Positions 18,120-26,529 are shown, counted from the first letter of the stretch. The stretch: DNA of 33,681 nucleotides from a virus (IMGVR_UViG_3300037307_000296:1-33681), one strand, 5' to 3'. Notes: generated by a model from the sequence alone, not told the origin. A program made the numbers and translations.

Positions 18120-19053
18120 CCTGCGTCCCCCCTTCTCGTGGTTCGGCGGAAAGCGGCTGATCGCTGCGGAGGTCTGGCGGCGGTTTGGCCCACACATCTT
18201 CCGCTATGCCGAGCCGTTTGCGGGCGGGCTGGCGGTGGCGCTGGCGGCCCCGCGTGTGCCGTACTACGAGATATACAACGACATCGACGGCTTGCTGGTT
18301 AATGCCTGGCGGGCCATCCAACGCGATCCGCGTGGGGTGTGGCAGGCGGCCGACCGCCCGATGGCCGAGCTCGAATTACAGGCGATCCACGCCCGCATGA
18401 TGGTACGTGCCGAGGGGCTGGCCGCCCGGCTGGCAGCTGATCCGGATTACTACGATGCCGAGATGGGCGGCTGGTGGGTTTGGGGCCAGTGCGCAACAAT
18501 TGGCGACCATTGGGTGCAAGATCGGATGTCCCGCTCAGTGCCGCGTCTGGTGGGTTTTCCCGGCCTCCTCAGCATCCGGGCGTCCGGTAACGGCCCTGCC
18601 TATCTGCGGGCGCTGTCGCGGCGGCTGAGCCGCTCGGTTATCCTGTGTGGTGACTGGATGCGGGCGGTGACACCTATTGTGTTGTTTCGCAGGGCCAGCC
18701 CGACAAATGTCGTTGCCGTGTTCCTGGACCCCCCGTATGCCGCCGCGACGGGGCAACGCTACAAGGTATACGGGAGACACGATGATGGGGAGGTTGCCCA
18801 CAGGGTGCGGGAGTGGGCATTGGAGCATGGGGACGACCCGCGCCTGCGCATCGCGTTGTGCGGCTATAACGAGCACGACGACCTGGCGGCGGCGGGCTGG
18901 CAGCTCCACCGCTGGTCGGCCAATGGGGGATACGGCAATATAGGCTCCAACGGCGATCAGCGGCACCGCGAGGTGGTGTGGTTCTCCCCGCGCTGTGTCC
19001 GCCCTGCGCAGCAGCTAAGCCTATTTGACGGGGTGATCCTTGGACAGCAGTAG
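18109..19053 (+). CDS. DNA adenine methyltransferase (Dam/D12-like)
   Basis: PFSWFGGK, YAEPFAGG, EIYNDID, FLDPPY. Confidence 0.9.
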   Translation: MSGNLRPPFSWFGGKRLIAAEVWRRFGPHIFRYAEPFAGGLAVALAAPRVPYYEIYNDIDGLLVNAWRAIQRDPRGVWQAADRPMAELELQAIHARMMVRAEGLAARLAADPDYYDAEMGGWWVWGQCATIGDHWVQDRMSRSVPRLVGFPGLLSIRASGNGPAYLRALSRRLSRSVILCGDWMRAVTPIVLFRRASPTNVVAVFLDPPYAAATGQRYKVYGRHDDGEVAHRVREWALEHGDDPRLRIALCGYNEHDDLAAAGWQLHRWSANGGYGNIGSNGDQRHREVVWFSPRCVRPAQQLSLFDGVILGQQ

Positions 19054-20524
19054 GCGCTCGCTGCTTGGGCTGCATCTGCACGCCGGGGTGCCGGACGGCT
19101 GGCACACGCGGATTATTGACGCCCGGCCTGCGTGGGTCAAGGTCATCAACCGCCTGGACGTGGCAGCATGGGCACAGTCGGCTATCCCGGACGTCAAGGT
19201 ACTGGTGCGCTCGATGTGGCCTGATGATGATTTTGGCCGGCTGCCGTCCGCGCCATTGCAGGCCGTCCACGCTGTCCTGACCGCCAACTCCAGCCTGCTG
19301 GAGCAGTGCGGGCGTAACGGTTGGTGGGTCGAGCTGCCGCCCAATGAGCCGCATCTGGACACCGCAGGGCTACAGCGGCTAAGCGACTATCTGATCATAC
19401 TGCAACAGCAGATCATGGATCGGTACGGTGTGCACTGTGCGATTGTCAACGCCAGCGCCGGGACGCTGGAGGAGCACGAGTGGCGGGTCATTAACGGCGC
19501 GCTGGAGCACGCGGCGCTGCTGGGTAATGCCCTGGCGGTCCACGAGTATGCCGTGCGTACCCCGGTATGGTTTGGTGCTGACAATCAGCAGGCCCAGCTG
19601 GTGCTGCGGCGCCGCCTGATTGACAACCCGGCGCCGGATGATGAGGGCTGGCTGGTGGGTCGTTGGCGCAAGATGAGACGCCTGGGCGCTATCCCGGCTG
19701 GTTTGCAGGTGATGGTCACTGAGGCCGGTTGGGATAAGGCGGGCGATCCGGCCCTGCCGCTATTGGGCGTCTACGATGCAGTATGGAGCATCAACCAGTA
19801 CCGCGACGTACACGCACAGGCGATGGGGTTTGCCACAGTGCGTGATATGCTCGCACACGACCTCAAACTGACCGACGATATCTACCATGCCGGGGGGGAT
19901 GTGATCGCCGTGTTCCCGTTCACTTTCGGCACGGCCGATCCTGCCTGGTCGGGATACGACTACACGACCAGATTTGGCGGGCTGCTGCTTGACCACATCG
20001 CCAACTATACTGTGCCGGAGCCACCACCGCCACCAGAGCCACCACCGCCACCAGAGCCGCCACCAGAGCCGCCGCCAGACCCGCCCGCCCCGGAGCCGCG
20101 CCCGATAGGACTGGTGGTGCTGCTTTTGCTTGCACTGCTGATTGTGGTCGGAGTATACTTACCAACGATGGAGGACACACTGATGCTTGACACACTCTTT
20201 GCCGACCTGATCCCGTTCGTGGCGAGCCTGCTCGCTTACCTGCCTCCGGTTGCAGGGGCGCCGTTTGTGGCGTTTGTCGTCGATACCCTCAAGCGGTTTG
20301 GGGTGCTGCCCGATGGGTTTGCGCCGCTGGCTAGCGGGCTGCTCAATCTGGCGCTCTACATTGTATGGTTTGTCGTCGGAGACAGGCAGGCACAAGTGCT
20401 GACCGCATTTGATGTCATCATGCAGATCGCGGCGCTTATCCTGCCGCTGTTTGCCAGTTTGGTGCTCACCCAACGCAGCCATGTAGCCCTGGAGCAGATC
20501 GGGATCGGATACAGGCACCGTTAG
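19040..20524 (+). CDS. Putative endolysin (clan GH-A-like TIM barrel) with Pro linker, fused in frame to a holin-like multi-TM domain
   Basis: PNEP, AVHEY, VTEAGWD catalytic pattern; (PEPPPP)n linker; several C-terminal hydrophobic helices. Confidence 0.65.
   Translation: MDSSRRSLLGLHLHAGVPDGWHTRIIDARPAWVKVINRLDVAAWAQSAIPDVKVLVRSMWPDDDFGRLPSAPLQAVHAVLTANSSLLEQCGRNGWWVELPPNEPHLDTAGLQRLSDYLIILQQQIMDRYGVHCAIVNASAGTLEEHEWRVINGALEHAALLGNALAVHEYAVRTPVWFGADNQQAQLVLRRRLIDNPAPDDEGWLVGRWRKMRRLGAIPAGLQVMVTEAGWDKAGDPALPLLGVYDAVWSINQYRDVHAQAMGFATVRDMLAHDLKLTDDIYHAGGDVIAVFPFTFGTADPAWSGYDYTTRFGGLLLDHIANYTVPEPPPPPEPPPPPEPPPEPPPDPPAPEPRPIGLVVLLLLALLIVVGVYLPTMEDTLMLDTLFADLIPFVASLLAYLPPVAGAPFVAFVVDTLKRFGVLPDGFAPLASGLLNLALYIVWFVVGDRQAQVLTAFDVIMQIAALILPLFASLVLTQRSHVALEQIGIGYRHR
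20183..20524 (+). CDS. Holin-like protein from an internal in-frame start (113 aa)
   Basis: GGAGGA at 20170-20175, 7 nt before in-frame ATG 20183; 3-4 TM helices, basic C-terminus. Confidence 0.55.
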   Translation: MLDTLFADLIPFVASLLAYLPPVAGAPFVAFVVDTLKRFGVLPDGFAPLASGLLNLALYIVWFVVGDRQAQVLTAFDVIMQIAALILPLFASLVLTQRSHVALEQIGIGYRHR

Positions 20525-20546
20525 CACCCCCAAGCCTCCGGTCCGC

Positions 20547-20580
20547 AGCGGCCCGCGCCTGTGGAGGTGTGCGGGCCGCT
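20547..20580. terminator. GC-rich hairpin between convergent genes, probable bidirectional terminator
   Basis: agcggcccgc...gcgggccgct stem; weak U tract. Confidence 0.6.
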
Positions 20581-20603
20581 TGCGTGTAGGGAGTTACTTG
20601 CGC

Positions 20604-21359
20604 CTACGCGCTCCAGGTGGGCGTGAGCACCCCAGAGCGGTCTGTAAACACGCTAAAGCGGGCGCCGGTCAGATTGGTATTGCGCAGGTCCGCGCCGGTC
20701 AGGTCAGCCTTGTGCAGGTGAGCGCCGTAGATGTCCGCGCCGGTCAGGTCGACATTGCGCAGGTCGACATTGCGCAGGTCGACATTGCGCAGGTCGGCAT
20801 AGCACAGGTAAGCGCCGCTCAGATCGGTATTGCGCAGGTCCGCGCCGGTCAGGTCAGCGCGACGCAGGTCCGCGCCGGTCAGATCGGCATAGCTCAGGTC
20901 GGTATAGCACAGGCAAGCGCCGTACAGTCTGGCGTTGCACAGGTAGGCGCCACACAGGTCCGCGCTGCGCAGGTCCGCGCCGGTCAGGTAAGCGCCGCTC
21001 ATGTCTGCGTCCCCGAAGTTAGCATAGCCCGTCAGGGCGCCGCTCAGGTAAGCGTCGGTCAGATCGGTATTGCGCAGGTCCGCGCCGCTCAGGTCCGCAT
21101 AGCGCAGGTCCGCGCCGCTCAGGTCCGCATAGTGCAGGTCCGCGCCGCTCAGGTCCGCATAGCGCAGGTTGGCACAGTGCAGGTTGGCGCTGCTCAGGTC
21201 CGCATAGCGCAGGTTGGCACAGTGCAGGTTGGCGCTGCTCAGGTCCGCATAGTGCAGGTTGGCATTGCGCAGGTCTATGGCCTCGCTTGGGTTAGCATCT
21301 CGCCATGCGTTCCAGGGGGCGACGCCCCTGGTGATCAGCTCGTACTGCTTGTCGTTCAC
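20604..21359 (-). CDS. Pentapeptide repeat protein, paralog 1
   Basis: WNAWRDANP head then (A[DN]LXX)n; purine-rich RBS before GTG. Confidence 0.9.
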   Translation of the reverse strand: MNDKQYELITRGVAPWNAWRDANPSEAIDLRNANLHYADLSSANLHCANLRYADLSSANLHCANLRYADLSGADLHYADLSGADLRYADLSGADLRNTDLTDAYLSGALTGYANFGDADMSGAYLTGADLRSADLCGAYLCNARLYGACLCYTDLSYADLTGADLRRADLTGADLRNTDLSGAYLCYADLRNVDLRNVDLRNVDLTGADIYGAHLHKADLTGADLRNTNLTGARFSVFTDRSGVLTPTWSA

Positions 21360-21400
21360 TATTACCTTCCCTTTCCTTGGCCGCTATGCGGCCTGTATTA

Positions 21401-21429
21401 TCTATATCTCTGGTTATTGGTCCGATCAA
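21401..21429 (-). promoter_or_regulatory. Sigma70-like promoter for paralog 1 (TTGATC-N17-TATAGA)
   Basis: Minus strand reads ttgatc-ggaccaataaccagaga-tataga. Confidence 0.5.
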
Positions 21430-21463
21430 ATTGATCTGATGGCATCAGATCAAAATGATCGGA
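21421..21463. promoter_or_regulatory. 43-bp palindrome with four GATC sites
   Basis: tccgatcaaattgatctgatg-g-catcagatcaaaatgatcgga; 19/21 pairs. Confidence 0.65.
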
Positions 21464-21464
21464 T

Positions 21465-21486
21465 GGGCAGCCCTCCGGGGCTGCCC
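21465..21486 (-). terminator. Hairpin downstream of paralog 2
   Basis: gggcagccc-tccg-gggctgccc, 10 nt after the stop; no clear U tract. Confidence 0.55.
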
Positions 21487-21496
21487 TGGTCTTGTA

Positions 21497-22060
21497 CTAC
21501 GCGCTCCAGGTGGGCTCCAGCGCCCCGGAGCGGTCTGCAAACCCGCTAAAGCGGGCACCGGTCAGAGCAGCATAGTCCAAAGCGGCGCCGCGCAGGTGAG
21601 CGCCGGTCATGTTGGCGCCACGCAGGTTAGCCTTGCGCAGATCGGCGCCGCGCAGGTCCGCGCGACGCAGGTCGGTGCCGGCCAAGTCGGCGCCGGACAG
21701 GTCGACCATACGCAGGTCCGCGTCGCGCAGATCGGCGCCGCGCAGGCCCGCGCCGCGCAGGTTGGCACCGGCCAGATGAGCGCGGACCAGGTCCGCCCTG
21801 CGCAGGTCCGCAATGTGCAAGTCCGCGTCGACCAGATCGGCGCCACACAGGTCCGCGCTGCGCAGGTCCGCGCCAGCCAGGTCCGCGCCGGCCAGGGAAG
21901 CGCCGGTCAGGTCCGCCCTGCGCAGGTCCGCGCGACGCAGGTCCGCGCCGGCCAGGTAAGCACCGCCCAGGTCTATGCTCTCGCTTGGGTTAGCATCTCG
22001 CCACGCGTTCCAGGTGGCGACTCCCTTGGTGATCAGCTCGTACTGCTTGTTCGTGTCCAT
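21497..22060 (-). CDS. Pentapeptide repeat protein, paralog 2
   Basis: Same N- and C-terminal caps as paralog 1; AGGAGG RBS. Confidence 0.9.
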   Translation of the reverse strand: MDTNKQYELITKGVATWNAWRDANPSESIDLGGAYLAGADLRRADLRRADLTGASLAGADLAGADLRSADLCGADLVDADLHIADLRRADLVRAHLAGANLRGAGLRGADLRDADLRMVDLSGADLAGTDLRRADLRGADLRKANLRGANMTGAHLRGAALDYAALTGARFSGFADRSGALEPTWSA

Positions 22061-22202
22061 TGTGTCCTCCTATGTATGTGCTATTGATTACATCTTACCA
22101 CAGGTCGCTGTAGTTGTATATAGTACTATGGTACTATATACAAATATAGTGTTATCATGTATGATCAAGGTAAGGTAACACACACAAGGAGCGGAGTAAA
22201 CG
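22061..22202. promoter_or_regulatory. AT-rich divergent control region with a 13-4-13 inverted repeat
   Basis: ttgtatatagtac-tatg-gtactatatacaa (22114-22143); leftward TGGTAAGAT (22092-22100) and rightward TGTTATCAT extended -10-like boxes. Confidence 0.7.
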
Positions 22203-22541
22203 ATGATCAAGGTAAGGATCCCCCGCAAGGCAGCAAGCAAGACCGTCAAGGTCGCAGCGCAGCAGACCCCGGCGCCGCAGGCGGAGCAGCAGGCGGAATC
22301 AATGCTCGAGGCGCTGGTCCGCATCAACCTGTATGTGAGCGCGGTCCGCACCATCAAGGCCGCGGCGCACTTGGACGCCGCGGCATGGATACTGATTGAG
22401 GGCACATGGGTACTGACCACGTACCGGATGGCGGTTGACTACTGCCAGCCGTACATGACGGCCGATTGGACGACCGGCGAATACGCCGGTTGCCCGGCCG
22501 TCTTTATGGGCCGCGAGCTGATCATCGCCGCGGCCTTCTAG
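22203..22541 (+). CDS. Hypothetical early protein
   Basis: AAGGAG/GGAG RBS; first gene of the rightward arm. Confidence 0.6.
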   Translation: MIKVRIPRKAASKTVKVAAQQTPAPQAEQQAESMLEALVRINLYVSAVRTIKAAAHLDAAAWILIEGTWVLTTYRMAVDYCQPYMTADWTTGEYAGCPAVFMGRELIIAAAF

Positions 22542-22576
22542 GGGCGTATGTCCCGCCCTATATATAGGAGAGCGCA

Positions 22577-22879
22577 ATGAACTACGCGATCGATCCAACT
22601 GAGGCCACGATGCTTGAGCGGGCGATCAAGATCGCTCGCCACAACACCGCGTTTGCGCCGGAGGCGTACCCGGCGTTGCGCGATGGCGAGATGGTCGTGC
22701 CGTCCGGTGATCCACAGGCTATTGCAGTGCTGGAGCACCTGCGGCACCTGATGGGGTATGATGTGCCGATGGAGGTGCTGCTCACCGCCAGCGTGGACCA
22801 GTTTGAGGCAGAACTCGTCGCCACGTGGACGCTGAGAGCGATCCTGCGGGCGGCGCTGCTGTGTGAGATGGCGGCATAG
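22577..22879 (+). CDS. Hypothetical protein
   Basis: AGGAG RBS, tandem arrangement. Confidence 0.65.
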   Translation: MNYAIDPTEATMLERAIKIARHNTAFAPEAYPALRDGEMVVPSGDPQAIAVLEHLRHLMGYDVPMEVLLTASVDQFEAELVATWTLRAILRAALLCEMAA

Positions 22880-22899
22880 TATATCAAGGAGCGACCGAC

Positions 22900-23376
22900 A
22901 TGGAGTCAATGAGCGGATACGAGGACAATCTGTGCAAGGCCCGTGCGGCGATCGCCGCACGCCAGCAGACGGCACAGGCGGATGAGGATCAGGCCAACGA
23001 GGCGGAGCGGGCCGTGCTGCGAGCATGGCTCGCAGTGGCGGGGGTCGAGGGTGCGGTAAGCTGCGCTGATAACCCCAGCGCGGTAGTCCTGCCGGGTAAG
23101 CGGTCCTACCGCTTCTACCGTCGCTTTGACGGGTATCGGCTGGATTTTTTCGCGGCGCGCGCGCCATCAGATCGGCGCGATGTGCCACAGGATGAGGTGG
23201 CGCTCAGGGTCGATTACACCGAGTACCACTGGCTGCCGATAGAGCAGCGCCGAGCCGTGCTGCTGGCTGATGCGATCGCACGGCTCGAGCACGGCTATCA
23301 ATGCGATGGTTGGTATGAGGCGGAGCGTCGCAGCCAGCCGCACCTCTGGGACTATAGCGCAGTATACTGCGCATAG
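22900..23376 (+). CDS. Hypothetical protein
   Basis: AAGGAG RBS. Confidence 0.65.
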   Translation: MESMSGYEDNLCKARAAIAARQQTAQADEDQANEAERAVLRAWLAVAGVEGAVSCADNPSAVVLPGKRSYRFYRRFDGYRLDFFAARAPSDRRDVPQDEVALRVDYTEYHWLPIEQRRAVLLADAIARLEHGYQCDGWYEAERRSQPHLWDYSAVYCA

Positions 23377-23439
23377 TACGACCGTGCTATAGGGTGCCGG
23401 GGGGACCTGGTGTAAGATTAGAGTATGGGAGTGTAAGAA

Positions 23440-23679
23440 GTGAACGAGCTCAAGGCATGGACGAGACGACACGGCAGATCACTGGTACAGGTTGCCCGCG
23501 AGATGGGCTATCGCAACCCCGTGCCGGTGTATCAGGTATCACGCGGGGCGGCTATGCCGTCCTGGGAGTTTATCGGGCGCTTCTATGCGGCCTATGTCCA
23601 CGAGGCGTCGCTGTATGCGATGCCTGTGCATCACACCCATGCCATCCTGGAGTGGATGGTGAGGGGGGTAGGCAAGTGA
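23440..23679 (+). CDS. Cro/XRE-like HTH regulator
   Basis: SLVQVAREMGY...VYQVSRG..MPSWEFI pattern. Confidence 0.65.
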   Translation: MNELKAWTRRHGRSLVQVAREMGYRNPVPVYQVSRGAAMPSWEFIGRFYAAYVHEASLYAMPVHHTHAILEWMVRGVGK

Positions 23680-23969
23680 GCAAGCCACTGGTCCCGCGCT
23701 GTGCTATATGTGGGGCAAGCCCCACTACGATCTACAACGGCGTGCGGGTGTACGATCTGACGTACCACCCCGTGCTGCCTGGCCTGCTGGTATGCGATGT
23801 GCATTACCGGCAGGAGATCGCCCTGGTGCGAGATGAGCTGCAGACGCGGGCGCTCCCGCGTGAGCTGCAGACTGGATTGAGCGTCGCAGTGCGCACCAAT
23901 CTGGATTGGCCGTTTGGCCCACTGTGGAGCAGCAGAGTAGGAGAGGAGCAAAGCCATGAGCAACAGTAG
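23676..23969 (+). CDS. Small Zn-finger-like protein
   Basis: GTGA overlap start; CAIC...CDVH. Confidence 0.5.
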   Translation: MSKPLVPRCAICGASPTTIYNGVRVYDLTYHPVLPGLLVCDVHYRQEIALVRDELQTRALPRELQTGLSVAVRTNLDWPFGPLWSSRVGEEQSHEQQ

Positions 23970-24693
23970 TATCGATTGGGCCGCGCTTGCCGCCCCTATC
24001 CCGGATGAGGACATCCAGTTCCGGCGGTCCATGGACGATCGCCCTGACGCATACGTGGCGTATATCGACGCCCGCACCGTCCACGACCGCCTCAATGCCG
24101 TGTGTCCCGGCGCCTGGTCGTACTCGTGGGAGCTCATCCAGGTGCTCCCCAATGGGGATTGGATCGTCAAGGGCCGCCTGACTATTGGCGGTCAGGCCCA
24201 CGAGGATGTGGGGGTGGGTGAGCTCAAGCTGTCCAAGGCTGGCCACACCGTCTACGGTGGGCCCGAGAAGGCGGCGGTCTCGGACGCGCTCAAACGGTGT
24301 GCTGTGCAAGTGGGCATCGGGCGTAACCTGTATGATGATGCCGCGATGGGCGCGCTGCTGCGGGCGCGCGGGCTTGCGCAGCAGCCACACAGGCCCAAGA
24401 CCACGCCTGCGCAACCGCCTAACCCTGCCCCAGTGCCGCCGCCCGCGCCTGCCGTGATCGCGGACGACCTGCCGTCGGACGACCTGCTGATGACCGACCT
24501 GACAGGGATGCAATGTGCGGCCCTGCAGAGGGCGCTCCCTCCTCTGCTCGGCATCGTGCCGGCCCACTACCGCAACCGCATGCGGGCGCGCTTTGGCACA
24601 ACGGACTACCGCAGGATCGAGGGTGTGACGGTCGGGGAGTTTGTCGCTCGCATGGCCGACCAGGGAGGCAGTGATGGCAGTGTCTCCTCCTAG
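23956..24693 (+). CDS. Rad52/Rad22-family (Sak-like) single-strand annealing protein
   Basis: YIDARTVHDRLN...WSY...KAAVSDALKRCAVQVGIGRNLY. Confidence 0.9.
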   Translation: MSNSSIDWAALAAPIPDEDIQFRRSMDDRPDAYVAYIDARTVHDRLNAVCPGAWSYSWELIQVLPNGDWIVKGRLTIGGQAHEDVGVGELKLSKAGHTVYGGPEKAAVSDALKRCAVQVGIGRNLYDDAAMGALLRARGLAQQPHRPKTTPAQPPNPAPVPPPAPAVIADDLPSDDLLMTDLTGMQCAALQRALPPLLGIVPAHYRNRMRARFGTTDYRRIEGVTVGEFVARMADQGGSDGSVSS

Positions 24694-25249
24694 CGGCAGT
24701 GCATTGATACGAGCCGCGTTCGAGGCGCGGCTCGCTGCGGCTGAGGCCCTGCTCGATGAGGTCACGGACATCTACGAGATGCCTGACTTTGTGCGGGGCG
24801 CGCGGCTGCTGGCAGACGTGGTACACCATGCACAGGCGGCGCGTGATATCCAAAATCGCGCCGCCGAACTGGTGGCACGCGCCTACCGGCGGATGGGTGC
24901 GCTCCTGCTGGAGATGCCCATGCACCAGGGTGGGCGGCCATCTGATAACCCGTTACACGATGTGACAGGTTTGCCCACGTTGCGAGACATCGGCATCACG
25001 CGCCGCGATGCGGCACAGGCGCAAGAGATCGCCCGCCTGCCGGAGGGCGTGTTTGTCGCACACCTTGACGAGGTGCGCGCACACCCTAACCGCGACTTGA
25101 GCATCGCGGGGTTATACCGACACGCGGTTGCACACAACCGCGCCGCTGGCAACCCGGACGCTGATACTGTGATAGACGCTGATAATCGGCGGTTAGCGCG
25201 CTGTCCGCGCTGTGGTGGACAGGGGTGGGTGTATGAGAGCAACGATTGA
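24674..25249 (+). CDS. Helical DNA-binding-like phage protein with C-terminal CPRC motif
   Basis: GGGAGG RBS; GGRPS...PTLRDIGITR...AQEIARLPE..F. Confidence 0.6.
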   Translation: MAVSPPSGSALIRAAFEARLAAAEALLDEVTDIYEMPDFVRGARLLADVVHHAQAARDIQNRAAELVARAYRRMGALLLEMPMHQGGRPSDNPLHDVTGLPTLRDIGITRRDAAQAQEIARLPEGVFVAHLDEVRAHPNRDLSIAGLYRHAVAHNRAAGNPDADTVIDADNRRLARCPRCGGQGWVYESND

Positions 25250-26159
25250 CGATATTAAGGCCCGCGTCAACCTTGAGGACATCATCGCGCATACGACCGG
25301 GGAGCAGCCGCGCCACAACAAGGTGCACTGCCCATTCCACGCGGACCGCAATCCATCGTTGGCTATCTATCCGGACGGGCGCTGGCACTGTTTTGGCTGT
25401 GGATTGCGCGGTGACGTGCTGGATTTCCTCGGCTACCTGCATTACGGGCCGGGCTATGACCCAGCGCAGCATCTCCGCGATGTGATCGACCGGATCGCAG
25501 GGCTGGACATACAGCCGCGCCCGGCGCGCCCGGCCCGGGCGGTCTACAAACCGACCCTTGATAGCGCGATGGTCGATGCGGCGATCGACCGCATGGGTGC
25601 TCGCGAGCGTGCCTACTGGCTCACGCGACGCATCGCATCTGAGACATTGCGCCATTTCGGCGTTGGCTGGACAGGCCAGCGTTACACCATCCCGCACTAT
25701 GTCCGCGGGCTGCTGATGGGGATCAAGTTGCGGCGTGATGATGATGTTACGCCGCGGCTGGAGCCCAAATACGTGATGCAGCCCGGGTCGCGTATAGTGG
25801 CGCCGTATAACATCGATGTCCTTGATCACCTTGACGGCAGCGCGCCGCTGCTCATTGTCGAGGACGAGAAGTCGGTGTGGGCCGCGTGGCAGGAAGACAT
25901 CGCGGCGCTTGCCGCCCCTGCTCACTCATGGCGCGATGAGTGGAGCGCTGCGCTATCTGCCGTCGATCGTATCCTGATCGTGGCCGACTGGGATGAGCCC
26001 GGTCTGGCAGGTGCGGCGCGTATCACCAAGACAATACGTCGTGCCGTGGTGGCACAGGCCGGGGCCTACTACAGCGATGGCTCGCCGGCAACCGACCTAC
26101 ATGATATGTACATGGCAGGCGTAGACCTGCCAGCATGGGTAGCACAGCATGTCTACTAA
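25233..26159 (+). CDS. DNA primase (CHC2 zinc finger + TOPRIM)
   Basis: CPFHADRNPS...WHCFGC; LIVEDEKS; ADWDEPG. Confidence 0.9.
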   Translation: MRATIDDIKARVNLEDIIAHTTGEQPRHNKVHCPFHADRNPSLAIYPDGRWHCFGCGLRGDVLDFLGYLHYGPGYDPAQHLRDVIDRIAGLDIQPRPARPARAVYKPTLDSAMVDAAIDRMGARERAYWLTRRIASETLRHFGVGWTGQRYTIPHYVRGLLMGIKLRRDDDVTPRLEPKYVMQPGSRIVAPYNIDVLDHLDGSAPLLIVEDEKSVWAAWQEDIAALAAPAHSWRDEWSAALSAVDRILIVADWDEPGLAGAARITKTIRRAVVAQAGAYYSDGSPATDLHDMYMAGVDLPAWVAQHVY

Positions 26160-26529
26160 GCTGCTGATCGACGAGCCACCGTTGCAAGTGCTGCCAAGTT
26201 TGGCCTGCAAAATCGGGCTCAACGAGGCGATCATCCTGCAGCAAATCCACTATCTGTGTCTGTATACGCGCAACGAGGCACAGGGGCGCAAGTGGATCTA
26301 CGGCTCTTACCAGGAGATCACGGAGCGATATTTCCCATTCTGGTCCGTGCCGACGGTGGTGCGGACCGTACAGCGGCTAGAGGCGTTGGGTCTGCTGATC
26401 AGCCGCCAGGGTCTAAACCGCATGGGGATAGATCGCACCAAGTGGTACACGATCGACTATGAGGCGCTCAGGCGCCTCGAAGGGGATGGATATGCAAGCA
26501 GTGAGTACAGCGACGAGATCGCCCTCTGA
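26149..26529 (+). CDS. Replication initiator/replisome-organiser N-terminal winged-helix domain, stand-alone
   Basis: LLIDEPPLQVLPSLA..IGLNEAIILQQIHY...FPFWS..T..R...DRTKWYTIDY. Confidence 0.75.
   Translation: MSTKLLIDEPPLQVLPSLACKIGLNEAIILQQIHYLCLYTRNEAQGRKWIYGSYQEITERYFPFWSVPTVVRTVQRLEALGLLISRQGLNRMGIDRTKWYTIDYEALRRLEGDGYASSEYSDEIAL

Noticed and set aside
20012-20100. Short tandem repeats as a contingency locus
   Set aside because: The units are multiples of 3 encoding a Pro/Glu linker, so slippage would not switch the frame
21421-21463. Hairpin telomere (protelomerase) site
   Set aside because: No protelomerase or tyrosine recombinase is recognisable, and the palindrome has an odd centre and mismatches
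20604-22060. Diversity-generating retroelement (template/variable repeat pair)
   Set aside because: No reverse transcriptase is recognisable, both copies are intact genes, and the differences are not adenine-specific
20580-22087. Plus-strand ORFs of 284 and 210 aa with AQVRA repeats
   Set aside because: Antisense shadows of the pentapeptide genes; the RBS and the canonical A(D/N)LXX pattern are on the minus strand
22557-22568. cctatatatagg palindrome over an RBS
   Set aside because: Short and low in complexity; not distinguishable from chance
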